DNA of 64,000 nt from Adineta vaga (lineage: Eukaryota; Animalia; Rotifera): assembly GCA_021613535.1 (NCBI GenBank), contig CP075493.1, positions 17,236,001 through 17,300,000 on the forward strand. The letters are read 5' to 3'. The position numbers and the translations under genes were made by a program. Shown here piece after piece: positions 1 through 12,107 of this stretch (position 1 is the first letter of the stretch; each line of letters opens with the position of its first letter). The notes beneath the pieces are model-generated. The model did no database searches and had not been told where the DNA came from. It saw only the letters and a program-made list of their open reading frames with translations.

Positions 1-3000
1 GTCGCAAAATATGATCTAACAGTCAATGGCACATATATTCCTCAATTGGAAATGTATATATACTATTGGTATAAGAAATCCAAATGTAATCCAAATGAAC
101 TAGTCGGATTGCACGACTGCTTGTGTATACCTATGGGATTTGATGAATGTCGTCGAGAAATCGTGATCAGTGAAGGTGAGACAACACATGTTATTCCAGG
201 CATGTTTCAAGGATGGTTTCCTTTACAGTCACTTCTTATGTCAACATTGGAGTGTTTTTATAATCAAACATGTTTTCTTCAGATCACAGAATTTATTAAT
301 TCAACAGTATCATCAACCAATTTTTCTATCTTGAAAGAACCATCATTCTTATCGACTAACGGTAAATATCAACAAATTGGTTCATTAGCTAACAATCTCT
401 TTATCCAATCGTGGAAGAATAATAGTTCATTTCAATCCTATTTCAATCAATGTCAACCTGTAGAATGTTCATATACTTACACAAGTCGATCAAGTCTTAT
501 TTCTATGATAACAACGACAATTAGCTTGATTGGTGGTTTCAATACTGCTCTACGTTTATTCCTTCCATTTATCGTTCAATTGGTGACTAAAATTTGGAAA
601 TATTTCCAGCAACGACGAAGTAATATTATCATAGAACAAGAGACAAATTATTCAAGAATAAGTATGAAACTCTATTTTCAATTATTATATAATAAAATCA
701 TCTATTGAAGGATTTTGTGATTATTTTCGTAATCTTGTTGCATCTGGCAAACGAAAGATCGTACAATTAAATCTTTTCCCTACAATTCCAAGATCAAACG
801 ATCCCAAAATTATTCGCAGAAGTCAAAGAACAACTCGAGTATATTTAATTTTACTATTATCATCTTTATTCATTCTTATTCTTTATACATTATTAAGGCA
901 AGAAACTTTTATAGAGATTATTCAAAATCCATCAGTATCAAAATATAGAGAATTATTCTCTCAATATTCTTTCAAATTGCAATGTCCTTGTAGTCGTATT
1001 GCAATTAAACACAATCAATTTATTTCTCAACTCAAACCACAATATCATCCGATTTGTCATAGTATATTTGTTTCTCCACGATGGTTAGAAAGTCTAATAG
1101 GCCCAAGTTTCTATGGTCTTTTAAGAATGTCTTATGGTGATGATTATCGAGCATTAATTCATGTACAATTTCAGACAATAGCAAAACTTTGTAAACTTTC
1201 TAAAATTATGTTGAATATATCAATGTCACGATTCGAACAGACGGATTTTATGACAGCAAATCTTATCTCCAATGACGAATTCAATCTTCAAATAGAATTA
1301 TTAATAGAACAGTTTAAACAAACAACATTCAATCAATTTATGGAGACATTCAAATTAATTCAACTAATAAATCATGGAAATCAATTAGCGACAGTGTTGA
1401 AGTCGAATTGGAATTTTATTTTCGAAAGATCTTCTGATCACAATGAAACTCCCAGTCTACTAAAAGATATGTTGGCTGTACCACAACAATACGGTGCAGA
1501 GAACTGTTCATGTGACGTGCAATCAAACTGTTCAAAGTATCCTGGTATTTACGTCGAGAATCCGAAGAAGCTATTCACCGAAACGATACCAGGATTTCTC
1601 GTCGGATGTTTACCATTGAATGCTCTTCTTCAATCAAATTTAGATTGTCTTTTTAATGAAACATGTCTATCTATAATGCGAGCATTTATTTTCTATGTTA
1701 ATCCTATTCCATTCGAAGTCTTAAAGTATTCATCATTAGCAATCCCAAATACAACGATCGATACCATTCTGAATCAATTGTTTGTTTCCGATTGGTTGCA
1801 AAATACATCATTCGATCTTTATTTTAATCAATGTGCCCCTCAATTGTGTCAATATTCATATTTAACGGAATATAATACAGTTTATGTTGCGACCACTTTG
1901 ATTGCGCTCTTTGGTGGTCTAACTATTGGTCTACGTTTCTTTGTGCATTATACAGCACTAATAATACACAAAATTACTGATAGTCGTAAGAAAAAAAATC
2001 AAATAGTACCAAATTTACATCAGTCGAATATTACTCCAATTTCGATAAGAACAAAAGTTCAGGTGAATATATTTTGTTAGATTTGACTTTTTGAACTATG
2101 AAAGCAATCATGTCATATATTTTTCGATGTCTTTTGCTTCGTTTTCTTTCAGTTATTGTCTGTAACTACTGATGAAGAAGAAAACAGATCGTAAGTACAA
2201 TCAGATAAGCGATGTTTGTTATTCGAACTCTTTTGTATCTTTTTTTAACGACATAGAAAACACAAAGATCGAGTTATCATAATTTGTATTGGTCTGCTGT
2301 CCGTAACAGCTTTAGTTGTCACTTATATCATTTTACTTCTATATCGGAAAGAACAACAAAATTTCACGATGTTTACTACACAAACAACTCAAATAATCAC
2401 TGATAGTACAATAACAATGTCGATATCTATACCAGAAAGTACATTTTGATTCTAATATAAAAGAAATAACTATAGATTAATAGTAGTTCTTTTAGATTCT
2501 TGTCATATGACTTTAAAATATCAATCTCATACGTATGAAACTGGTCTTCATCCTATGTCAATTGTTACTGGTGATTTTAATCGAGATTCAATTGTAGATT
2601 TAGGTGTAACTAATTTTGAGTCTCATACTATAAGTATATTGTTGGGTAATATAAATGGAACATTTCAGACACAACATATCTTTTCGACAGGAGATGGATC
2701 TGGTCCACAAGAAATAACAATTGGTGATTTTGATAATGATACATTCTTAGATTTAGGTAAGTGTTTGTGATTTCGTATTAGCTCTTTTTGAACAACAGAT
2801 TTGCGTGTTCATACGATAAAATCACAAAGACAAAGAAATATTGTTCATTAAAAATTGATCTTTCTTGATTTTAGCTGTAACATTATCTATAAAAAAGAGA
2901 ATTGTGATTTTCTTCGGTGCTCCAGAAAATAAATTATTTCACTCACTCCCATACGATTTTCCTTGCTATGCTTATGACAATATACCGGGTTTAATTGAAG

Positions 3001-3737
3001 CCAGTGATATGAATCATGATGGATTTGTTGATCTGATTTTTACTCGAAACACAAATATAACGCCTATTTCAAATAAACTACTGCTTTTTATAAATGATGG
3101 TAGTGGACGTCGATTTAAGAGTATAGATCATTATTGGAACTATCTTGTAGATCAGAATGATATAATTGCCATAGTTATCGGTGATTTTAATAATGATGGA
3201 ATAGAATCTGATATGGCTCTTTGTACCCATGATAGACGATTAATAACGATTTTATATAATTCCAGTAATTCAGATCATTATTCCAGACCTTCTCAAACTC
3301 TTCTGACGAATGAATATCCATCGAAAATGACCAAAGGAAAATTCAATGATGATGAAATAGATGATATAGTAATTATTTCTTTTCTCTCAAATACATTACA
3401 AGTTCAACTTAGTTTTGGAAATGGAAATTTTTTAACACAAATTTATCTTACAGATGTTTATCCAACATCTATTAGTGTAATTAATTTTAATGACGATGAA
3501 ATTGATGATCTAGCTATATTACATTGTAATGGAGCGGTGAGCGTATTTCTCGGATTAAAGATCGGAATCTTTAATCGACATTATTTATCTTTCCAAAATT
3601 ATACAACGACCAATGGCAAATGCGCTCAATCCTTGAGAGTAATTGATTTAAATCAAGATGGTAGAGATGATGTCGTTTTTGTTGATCCAGAAATGAACGT
3701 TATTCGACTTTTATTAGGTTCACAATGTGATGAATAG
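1..3737 (+). CDS. Multi-exon membrane protein (5' end outside window): tandem Cys-rich two-TM modules, then a TM, a Thr-rich stalk and C-terminal FG-GAP/VCBS repeats
   Basis: Frame open from base 1. ORFs 46-708, 977-2080, 2507-2770 and 2865-3737 join through GT..AG introns at about 662-710, 2063-2152, 2191-2256, 2439-2495 and 2757-2874. The motif 'YFNQCxPxxCxYxY...LxGG' repeats; GDFNxDxxxDL repeats fill the last two exons. Confidence 0.75.
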
Positions 3738-4120
3738 ATGTGAATGTTGTTATTTTTCTCGTTCTCTAAATATAATGTATATCTGTTATATTGAAATGTT
3801 TTTATTAACATATACATTTGAAAAAGAGATATTCTACTAAAAATCGAGTTGTTACACAAAGGATCATTGTTGGATTTCGTGACATTGTTAAATGTTGTTT
3901 TAGTATTCAATAACAAACAACTATATGAATAAAAGGAGACTACAATATTTGTATGTTCTTAATCCTCCGTCATTTTGAATCACAGATATAATTAGAATCT
4001 ATGACGTTGCGAAAGAAGATTAGTATATATTATTGATAAAAACGCTTTCGAAATAATTAACTGGTTAATGTATTATCATAGAATGTTTTTAACAATAATT
4101 TCTAAAAACATAAGTCAACC

Positions 4121-4173
4121 AGGGTGGATGTCGGTGAATATAAGAGAATAAGATATATACCCACACCCTCGAG
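4121..4173. repeat. Telomere-repeat hairpin element (degenerate copy)
   Basis: AGGGTGGATGTCGGTG ... AGAGAATAAGATATATAC ... CCACACCCTCGAG. Confidence 0.65.
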
Positions 4174-4820
4174 ATAGTAGAATAAATATAACTTTCAGTT
4201 CAGTTGTGCAAATGTCAAAAGAGAAAAGTTTCTCTTCATCAAAATTTCATGAATGACTTCGGTAGTTATAGTTTCTGCGAAACAAAATCGTACCAAACCT
4301 TTTATTATTCAATATTTTGCGAAATAATATGTATTTACATTCCATATGTCATAAAATCAACATCGTATATAATTGACCCAGATGGAAAGCTAGCACGATG
4401 GATTTATGTGAGCTCGGAATTCCTTCCATTATGGTTTGTAGGGGTGAAATATGCGTGAGAGTGCTCCGAAACATCTGTGGAGCACCTAGAAATTTTAATG
4501 GAAGGAATTCTGAGTTCATCTAAATCCGACGTGCTATCTTCACATCAATACTTCACTTCAATCCTATCAATCAGTTTAAGTTCTTCAGAAAATAATAGGA
4601 ATTACATATTGATATTTTATTTGAGTCTAATAATATTTCAGATATATTCAAAATTGAATCTCTAAAAAAACTGGTGAATTATTTCGAATAGATATTATTT
4701 CTTACAGATAAACCATATAGAATGAAAAAGTAAGAGAGTTTTGAAAGAGAAAGTCATAAATTGTTGAATAAAGTAACCAATGAGCGTACATTTGCTGCTC
4801 AAAATTGAAATAAATGTTCC

Positions 4821-6275
4821 TTATACGATAACTATAGAATCCAACGAGTATTCCTTTGTTTCACCTAGACCAAACATATTTCGGTAATGACGATACCAAT
4901 TACTTTGAAAACGTTCTTGTGGATCATAAAGTCGTTTAAGACGAAGAAATTCAGCAAATTGCGGATAGCAAGTTTCGATCTGTGAACGTGTAGCATATTT
5001 ATGATAGGTTAAAAAATAACTTCCACCACGTGCAATAGCCATATCAATTAGACTACGAAACGTGTTAGCGGAATGTTCAATGCCGGCAGGTGTATGAGTG
5101 GTATTTAGATTGAAAATAGTGCAGGCATAGGGTTGTTTAGCCCAAGCTAAGAAACTATCAGTATCTGTTTCAATCAACCGAATAGTTCCATAGACCATGT
5201 TAACATTATTAGCTCGGAAATATTCTCGAGCTTCGGTGAGAAAATCGGCCAGTGCAGAACGTGGAACATAAATTTCGGTGATAATTTCGCTGGCTTGTTC
5301 TCCTGTACCAAGTCGATGATCAAGTTCATGATGATAATCATCAAGATAGATACTTAACTGATGAAGATCAGATGCATAAATTTGACCAGTCGTAGATAAA
5401 TAATATTCCGTGTACTGTCGAAATGCCATAGCTTTATCAGCATGGGACAGATAAAAAAGTTCGTTCCAATGAGATTCGGTCAGCTCTTTTTGAACATCAG
5501 GTAATGGCGTATTGAAATCAACAGGTCGATAGCAAGAAAACACACCTCGATATAAAAAATCATCAGATTTCTCATCGGTAGAAAATTGAAAATCACCGTA
5601 AAGAAACCCGTCTTGAATACGTTGTTGAAATGCTTCTTGTAATTTATCAACTGTAATCAACTCTACAATACGTTCCAATTTTCGTCGAGGTAATAAACGT
5701 AATATCACCGAATAAATTACCCCAAACAAACCATAACCTCCACCAACTAAACCAAACAACTCGGCGTTTTCTTCACGACTACATGTAAGAAGTTTACCAT
5801 CTGCATTAATTAATGTAAGTGATTCGACATCAGAAATAAGAGGTTTCATCTTCAATCCTCGACCATGAGCATTACATGACAATGATCCACCAATAGACAA
5901 TCGATCTGCACCTGTTTGCTTTTGAGCAATACTCCACTGTTCCGACCAAGGGAGATCTTTTTGCGTTTCAACGAGATAATCAATTAATTTTGGCCATTGA
6001 ATTCCTGCTTCAACTTCAATCAATCCTGTTGTCTTATCGAATTTCAATACTCGATTCATTTGAATTGTATCGATCAAGATTGTATCCGTACCAAATTGTT
6101 GACAACCCATAGCATGTCGACCTCCAGCGATGGAGATTGATTGATTGTGTTCCGCAGCTCTTATAATAGTTTCATGAATAGCATCTGCTGAATCTACTTT
6201 GACAATTTCAGCTACCCTTGTATTATTTAATTGAGAATGAATATCATTAACGACAATGGTGGATTCAGACGACAT
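4821..6275 (-). CDS. FAD-binding oxidoreductase (FAD_binding_4 / aldonolactone-oxidase-like), intronless, bacterial-like
   Basis: 484-aa single ORF with 'SIAGGRHAMG', 'SIGGSLSCNAHGRG', 'GGYGLFGVI' and C-terminal 'LKRLYDPQERFQS', all typical of FAD-linked oxidases. Confidence 0.85.
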   Translation of the reverse strand: MSSESTIVVNDIHSQLNNTRVAEIVKVDSADAIHETIIRAAEHNQSISIAGGRHAMGCQQFGTDTILIDTIQMNRVLKFDKTTGLIEVEAGIQWPKLIDYLVETQKDLPWSEQWSIAQKQTGADRLSIGGSLSCNAHGRGLKMKPLISDVESLTLINADGKLLTCSREENAELFGLVGGGYGLFGVIYSVILRLLPRRKLERIVELITVDKLQEAFQQRIQDGFLYGDFQFSTDEKSDDFLYRGVFSCYRPVDFNTPLPDVQKELTESHWNELFYLSHADKAMAFRQYTEYYLSTTGQIYASDLHQLSIYLDDYHHELDHRLGTGEQASEIITEIYVPRSALADFLTEAREYFRANNVNMVYGTIRLIETDTDSFLAWAKQPYACTIFNLNTTHTPAGIEHSANTFRSLIDMAIARGGSYFLTYHKYATRSQIETCYPQFAEFLRLKRLYDPQERFQSNWYRHYRNMFGLGETKEYSLDSIVIV

Positions 6276-6655
6276 CGTTCAGTTATTTTTCTTCTTAAAT
6301 GTATGCAAATCGAGTAGTCGAAATAAATGAAATAAGAACAGGAAAAAAAACATTTACCTTATTCTGCCATTCGAAAAACAAAAATTGAGAAAATTGCTTC
6401 AGGTAAACGCAATATGTTGACAATTTTCTCCTTCTTTTTCACCTGTACAAAGTTTTGATCAAATATTAATTATTGCTTTTTTATGCTCTATATTTTGTTA
6501 TGATCAGATGAATGTGACTATTTACGTCTTATTCATTTGAAGAGAAGGTCATCTTGTTCTTAATGAAGAACAAGTACATTATTATAGACTAGTTTTTCTT
6601 TATAAAATATTCATTCTTCATAGTTCTGCGTAAATATCTGTATAAGCATTTAATT

Positions 6656-6724
6656 CTTGAGGGTGTTGGTGATGAAAGAGAAGACACACTTACATCTATC
6701 ACACTCTTATTATCCACAACCTCA
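6656..6724. repeat. Telomere-repeat hairpin element (degenerate copy)
   Basis: CTTGAGGGTGTTGGTG ... AAGAGAAGACAC ... CCACAACCTCA; a further one-armed copy lies at 7009-7030. Confidence 0.6.
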
Positions 6725-7711
6725 TTTCGGGCTTTACAATAAAATTAAAAGTACTTTCGATTTATGAAAACTCTTGGTAACAGATCTTTATTGTATAAAA
6801 CAACACTGCAACATACGTATAAAAATCAATGGATAGTATTGTTGTTATAAACAAGGTGAAAGAGAAAAGAAAGGACACATGTTGTATGTCTTTTGTCCGT
6901 AGAAAACAGAAGAAGAAAGAGAACAGTCATCATGTATTAATAGTGTATGTACATGAAGTGCCGCACACATATTATGAAATCACACAAAGAATTGTTTTTG
7001 TCATACATAGGGTGTGGGTGTGGGTGAGAAGTGAGCGTGGGAGCTTGAGAATAAATTCATATGAAATAAATAAATATTAATAAATTCTGCACACGAAATG
7101 AATCTCAAATAAATACGTTCCGGTAGTCCCTCCTTTTACAGTGAATGGTCGCGCTAATTCCCTCTGAATCTAGCAGAGTGCTATGGAAAGTTTGATGATA
7201 TTAGCGCCTACAGTGATCGAGTACATAGGGAACAGACATTCTGTGAAATATACTCATTTTTTATTTCTTTCACATTCATAGCCTTCACGAAGAAGATAAA
7301 AATACTCATAAACGCTTCTGAACATCTTTGAAATAAATGATATTACTACATTGATTAATTATTGTAACAAACAAGTGACTATCTTTTCACGTCTACTCTC
7401 ATTTTAACTATCTCGATAATGTAAAATGAGAATTGTATGATGTACCGATGAATTTAAATTTTGTTTAAGACAAACAGAATATGATATTGAAAAACTGATA
7501 AGATATTTATTGTCTTCACTATGTTAGCTTTTCAATGGCATTTATTCGAGAGTTAAGTGTTACATTGTTATCAAGATAAACGTCTTTTTCTTTTTCTTTT
7601 TCTTTTTCGAGTCAAAATTGCCCATTCATATGTAATAGAGTCAATGAGAGAAAAAGAAACTATTTTTAAATATAAAACAACGTGATAATTTGCTTTCATA
7701 ACTATATTAAA

Positions 7712-9663
7712 ATGTTCTTATTTCTCATCAGTCTGTGTGTTTTCGAATTGACAAATTCTCATTTAAATTTTCCACATACAAAATATCGAAATATTTTCAA
7801 TGTTTCACATTCAAAATCTTCTAGCGACTATTTAACCTTGAAACAGTATACTGAATCATTTTTCAAACCAACATTTATAAATCCAAAAGCACAAGGTAAA
7901 TCTCACTTTGTTTTTCAAATTAATCAATCATTAGAATATATTTTTGATATAAATAGATTTCTTTGTCAATGGATCTACAATTCCTGAAGTTAATTTTGAT
8001 GTTGGTCCTTCATGGGCTGGTCTTTTACCCATTAGCAACAAGACTAACGAATCACAGAAACTTTTTTTCTGGTACTTTCCTTCACAATCTACTAAAGGCA
8101 TAAACGATCTTGTTATTTGGCTAAATGGTGGTCCTGGTTGCTCTAGGTAAATAGTATTTGATTAATTAGATATATATATATATATGTTATTTGTTTATTC
8201 AATAGTCTGGAAGGTTTACTTCAAGAAAATGGACCATTTTTATGGCAATGGGGTACTGCACATCCAGTACGAAATCCACATGCTTGGAATACATTAGCTA
8301 ATGTTTTGTGGATTGAACAACCTGTTGGTACTGGATTCTCTCAAGGAAATGTTACTATTCATGATGAAGATGAGCTTGCGTAAAAAAATAAGAATAGAAG
8401 ATTAAATCATTTTATTAAAATCTTATTTATATTTAGGGAACAATTCTATGGTTTTCTAACACAATTTTTCGACGTATTTACGGAGATTAAAAATAATTTG
8501 GTTTATATTGCGGGAGAATCCTATGGTGGATATTTTGTGTAAATATTTTTATCATTTAAAGTTGTGTGCGTAGTAGAACTCTTATTGTTGAAAAATGTAA
8601 TCAACAATGAAAGCGGATTGGTATAGATGAGTATTACTTCTCTAATCTTAAAATCTCCTCTAATCTGAAACATTAAAATCATTTTTTATTTAGTTAATAT
8701 TAATCGTTATAATTAATTTAAATTCGTTTATTCTTTTCTAGTCCATACATTGCTAATTATATCTATAGTTTACCAGAGACAGCACCATTGAAGCTAAATC
8801 TTCAAGGCATATTGATATTTGATCCACTTATAACAAGTTCTCTTATACAACTAGAAATTCCAGCCGTTTCATTTGCTCATATGCATCAAAATATATTTAA
8901 TTTCAATGCTTCATTTCTTTTCTATCTCGATCAACAGAATAAGAAATGTGGCTATGAGAATTATACTCAAACTTATGCTACATATCCACCACATGGTCCA
9001 TTGCCAATACCTTCCTCTTCGCATGCAAGTGAATGTGATCTTTGGGCTCCTATTTTTGAAGCAGCTTTACGTATTAATCCAGCTTTTAATATCTATCGAA
9101 TAACGGATACACCTCCCATTCTTTGGGATGTTCTGGGTTTTCCTGGCAGTTTTGGAAATAAACAATCACCTCTTTATTTTGCTCGTTCAGATGTACAACA
9201 GGCTATTCATGCACCTAAGATCAATTGGACAGAATGTGCAAATACTCCTGTCTTTGTTGATGGTATTGATCGAAGTCCACCTCCACTAAATTCTATTCTA
9301 CCAAATGTCATAGAGAAAAGTCAACGTAGTATCATTGTCAATGGACAACATGATTTTATAATCATTGCTGAAGGGACACGTATTGCAATTCAAAATATGA
9401 CTTGGCATGGTATGCAAGGTTTTCAAATGGAACCTAAAACTCGATTTATTGTACCTGAACAAGGAGATCTAGGTTTTTTTCATACAGAACGAAATTTAAC
9501 TTACGTAGAATTAGTTCTTTGTGGACATATGGGTCCACAATTTCAGTAAGTAACTTTTATTCTATTCTTTACATTGGTAAAATCAAAAATAAATTTATTA
9601 AATAGACCACGTGCAAGTCTACAAATACTTCAATATTTACTTGGTAGAATTCATTCTTGGTAA
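7712..9663 (+). CDS. Secreted serine carboxypeptidase, peptidase family S10 (fungal-type), 6 exons
   Basis: Signal-like N-terminus [11 protein letters not shown]. Approximate exons 7712-7895, 7957-8146, 8206-8379, 8437-8538, 8742-9545, 9606-9663. Motifs [26 protein letters not shown] (catalytic Ser), GQHD and GHMGPQFQP (His). Confidence 0.9.
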
Positions 9664-9832
9664 ATAAAACAATCATATTACTTTCCATCACCATTTTCAT
9701 TATATAATTCATCTCTATACTTCTTTAAAAAAAAAACATTTTCATTACAAACATTTTTTTTGAGAAAGTGTTTGTGACAATAAGACATTCATGTTATGCT
9801 CACACTTTTTTTTAATAAATAAAAGAATATAA

Positions 9833-9914
9833 TTGAGGGTGTGGGTGCGGGTGTGGGTGAAGGTGTGGATGTGCTAACATACTTACACATCAATCCCACC
9901 CACACCCACCCCAA
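9833..9914. repeat. Telomere-repeat hairpin element
   Basis: TTGAGGGTGTGGGTGCGGGTGTGGGTG ... CCCACCCACACCCACCCCAA. Confidence 0.8.
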
Positions 9915-10832
9915 AAAAACGCCAACATTTGTTCTCATTTAACATGATCGTAAGTCAATCTCTTATCAATGATATAACTTCTCTTTGATTCTATTAAACT
10001 GTATACATCCTTCGGTATGTTATCAAAAGAAAGTAATGATTTAAATAGTAAACTCATTCATCTACGTGATCACATCATAGTCTAAAGTATCTGCATTAAG
10101 CACAACTTACGAATTAAATAAAAATAATGCACTTCCTTTTTTTTAACTATCTCGTTTAAAACACAATTAATAACAGATGTAAGTTATTGTCTATGTTAAA
10201 TACAAAAATCATGATTTAAAAGCTGAAACATTTGAATTTGAATACAGATGCAAATTGTTGTAGCAGTTCCAAATGAACGTGATTATATAATGATTAAAAA
10301 AAAACATATAGAAAGTCACGTTGTAATTTTAATTAATCTTATATCAAAATGAAATATAAAAGATAATATTGTCGATCGAAATACAATCTTTTGTGGAATT
10401 TAATTAATCTGTATGCATACCAATACTAAAAGACAATCTATTAAAAGACTAACTTCGGTAAAAAAAAGTAAAATAATACTTTAATTTTTGTAAAAAGTAT
10501 TTTGCAATTCTATAATAAGTTTTATTAACAACTTGTGTTTGAATTTTTCTCGAATGTTCACTATTGACAGTAGATAATAACTCACATCTGTCGTGATTTC
10601 GTTCTGAACAATGATATTGAAAAGGAAATCAACTGTTGATGTTGTATTAGTTACATAGGTTTCAACATTGAAACGATCATTTAATAAGAAACAGAGAGAT
10701 GTTTTAGAACTTGTTCAATTTATTTTGGTTAGATATACAAAAAAATATATCGAAAAGTTGACAAATTCAGATGTTATATGGAATTATGTTATTTTAAATT
10801 TTTGATTACAACTATTTGTGATGGTGTTAAAT

Positions 10833-11273
10833 ATGAACATAACATCAACAATGAATAATGACGATAATCATGTTAATGCCGTTAAATTTATTAAATGAGG
10901 GATATAAAATAACTTTTGTGTTTATTTTAGTTTCATTCAACTGACAATGATAAACTTAAAATAGAAATTTCTCCATCAGAAACAATATTGTATGCGTATT
11001 TTAAACAATTGATAAAGTTCTAAATAATATTTTATGATAGATATGTAGAGGTTCAAACGTCAAAACGCAAATGGTGCAGGTTTTCCATGGTTATAATTAT
11101 TTTTATCATAGCACTCGTTGCTTTAATTCCAACAATCATCGTAATAACAAACAAGGCAGATGTGACAAAAATGTCAACAGCAGAATCATCGTCAATAACT
11201 ACAACATCAATAGTAACAATACCGACAGTCACATTAACATCAACATCTAAACTAACAACAACAGCCGAAACAG
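10833..11273 (+). pseudogene. 5' half (cytoplasmic tail, TM, Thr-rich stalk) of a paralog of the 18930-20077 gene; no 3' domain exon of its own found
   Basis: Same exon layout as 18930-19369 (NAVK motif, hydrophobic 'ALIPTIIV', Thr stalk ending 'TTAETG' at a phase-1 donor). The first-exon donor is weak or ambiguous. Confidence 0.55.
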
Positions 11274-11429
11274 GTTAGATATAATTCTAAAACTTCATGT
11301 ATTAAATACTTTGTTAGTTACTCACAAAATATTTATTTCTATTGAATATTTATATATAATTATGAAATCTTCGAATCATGTATGAAAATATTTTTGTTTT
11401 CGTTTTTGTGTACTCAAAAAGTGAGTACA

Positions 11430-12000
11430 CTACTAGAATCGGTCAGTATGTCCGGCCGTCCACACGATAACTCTTCAAAAACACAAGCGATTGAGCTGAA
11501 ATTTTGTACACAGAATTATCTCATCAATATCTCGGTCGAGTTCGAAGATGAGCTCAATCGGTTGTACCATTGTTGACTTACAGAAAAATTTCCCAATATC
11601 TCTATATATAAAGTAGTATGTTTGTCTGCCTGTTTGCTAGCCATTCAGTCCCTGTAATAGCTAAGATCACCAAACTTTCTATGTTGCTTCCCTAGGCGTA
11701 GGAAAAGGTCCAGAGAGTGTTATTATACGAGTAGAGGGGTGGGTGTGGGTGATCTGGGTGATATTTCACCCAGGTGGTTTTGTAATAAATAACGCCATCA
11801 AACTTTCTATGGTGCTTCTCCGGGTCTAGAGAAAGTTCGAGAGAGTATTGGTATACGAGTAAGGGGGTGGGTGGGTGTGAGTGATCTGGGTGAAATTTCA
11901 CCCACGTTGTTCCGCGGGTTATAATGCCACACCCGTTTTTTATAGTGCTTACCTAGGTCTAGAAAATAGCTCACAATGTGATCGGCATCATCAGGGTGAG
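11430..12000 (+). mobile_element. Helitron-like non-autonomous element(s) with ~128-bp internal tandem repeats
   Basis: Helitron-type start 'TCTATATATAAAG...TTTGTCTGCCTG' at about 11600. About 2.5 copies of the unit 'AAACTTTCTATG.TGCTT...GGGTGATCTGGGTGA.ATTTCACCCA' at about 11668, 11796 and 11931. A related sequence occurs inverted at about 46285-46380. Confidence 0.5.
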
Positions 12001-12046
12001 TGTGAGGAATCAGTAAAAAAACGTCACACGCTTATATTTATCCTTG

Positions 12047-12107
12047 CTTGAGGGTGTGGGTGTGATTGAGAATAAGATACACACCCACACCCACACCCAC
12101 CCTCAAG
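12047..12107. repeat. Telomere-repeat hairpin element (best-preserved copy)
   Basis: CTTGAGGGTGTGGGTGTG-ATTGAGAATAAGATA-CACACCCACACCCACACCCACCCTCAAG; termini CTTGAG/CTCAAG are perfectly inverted. Confidence 0.9.
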
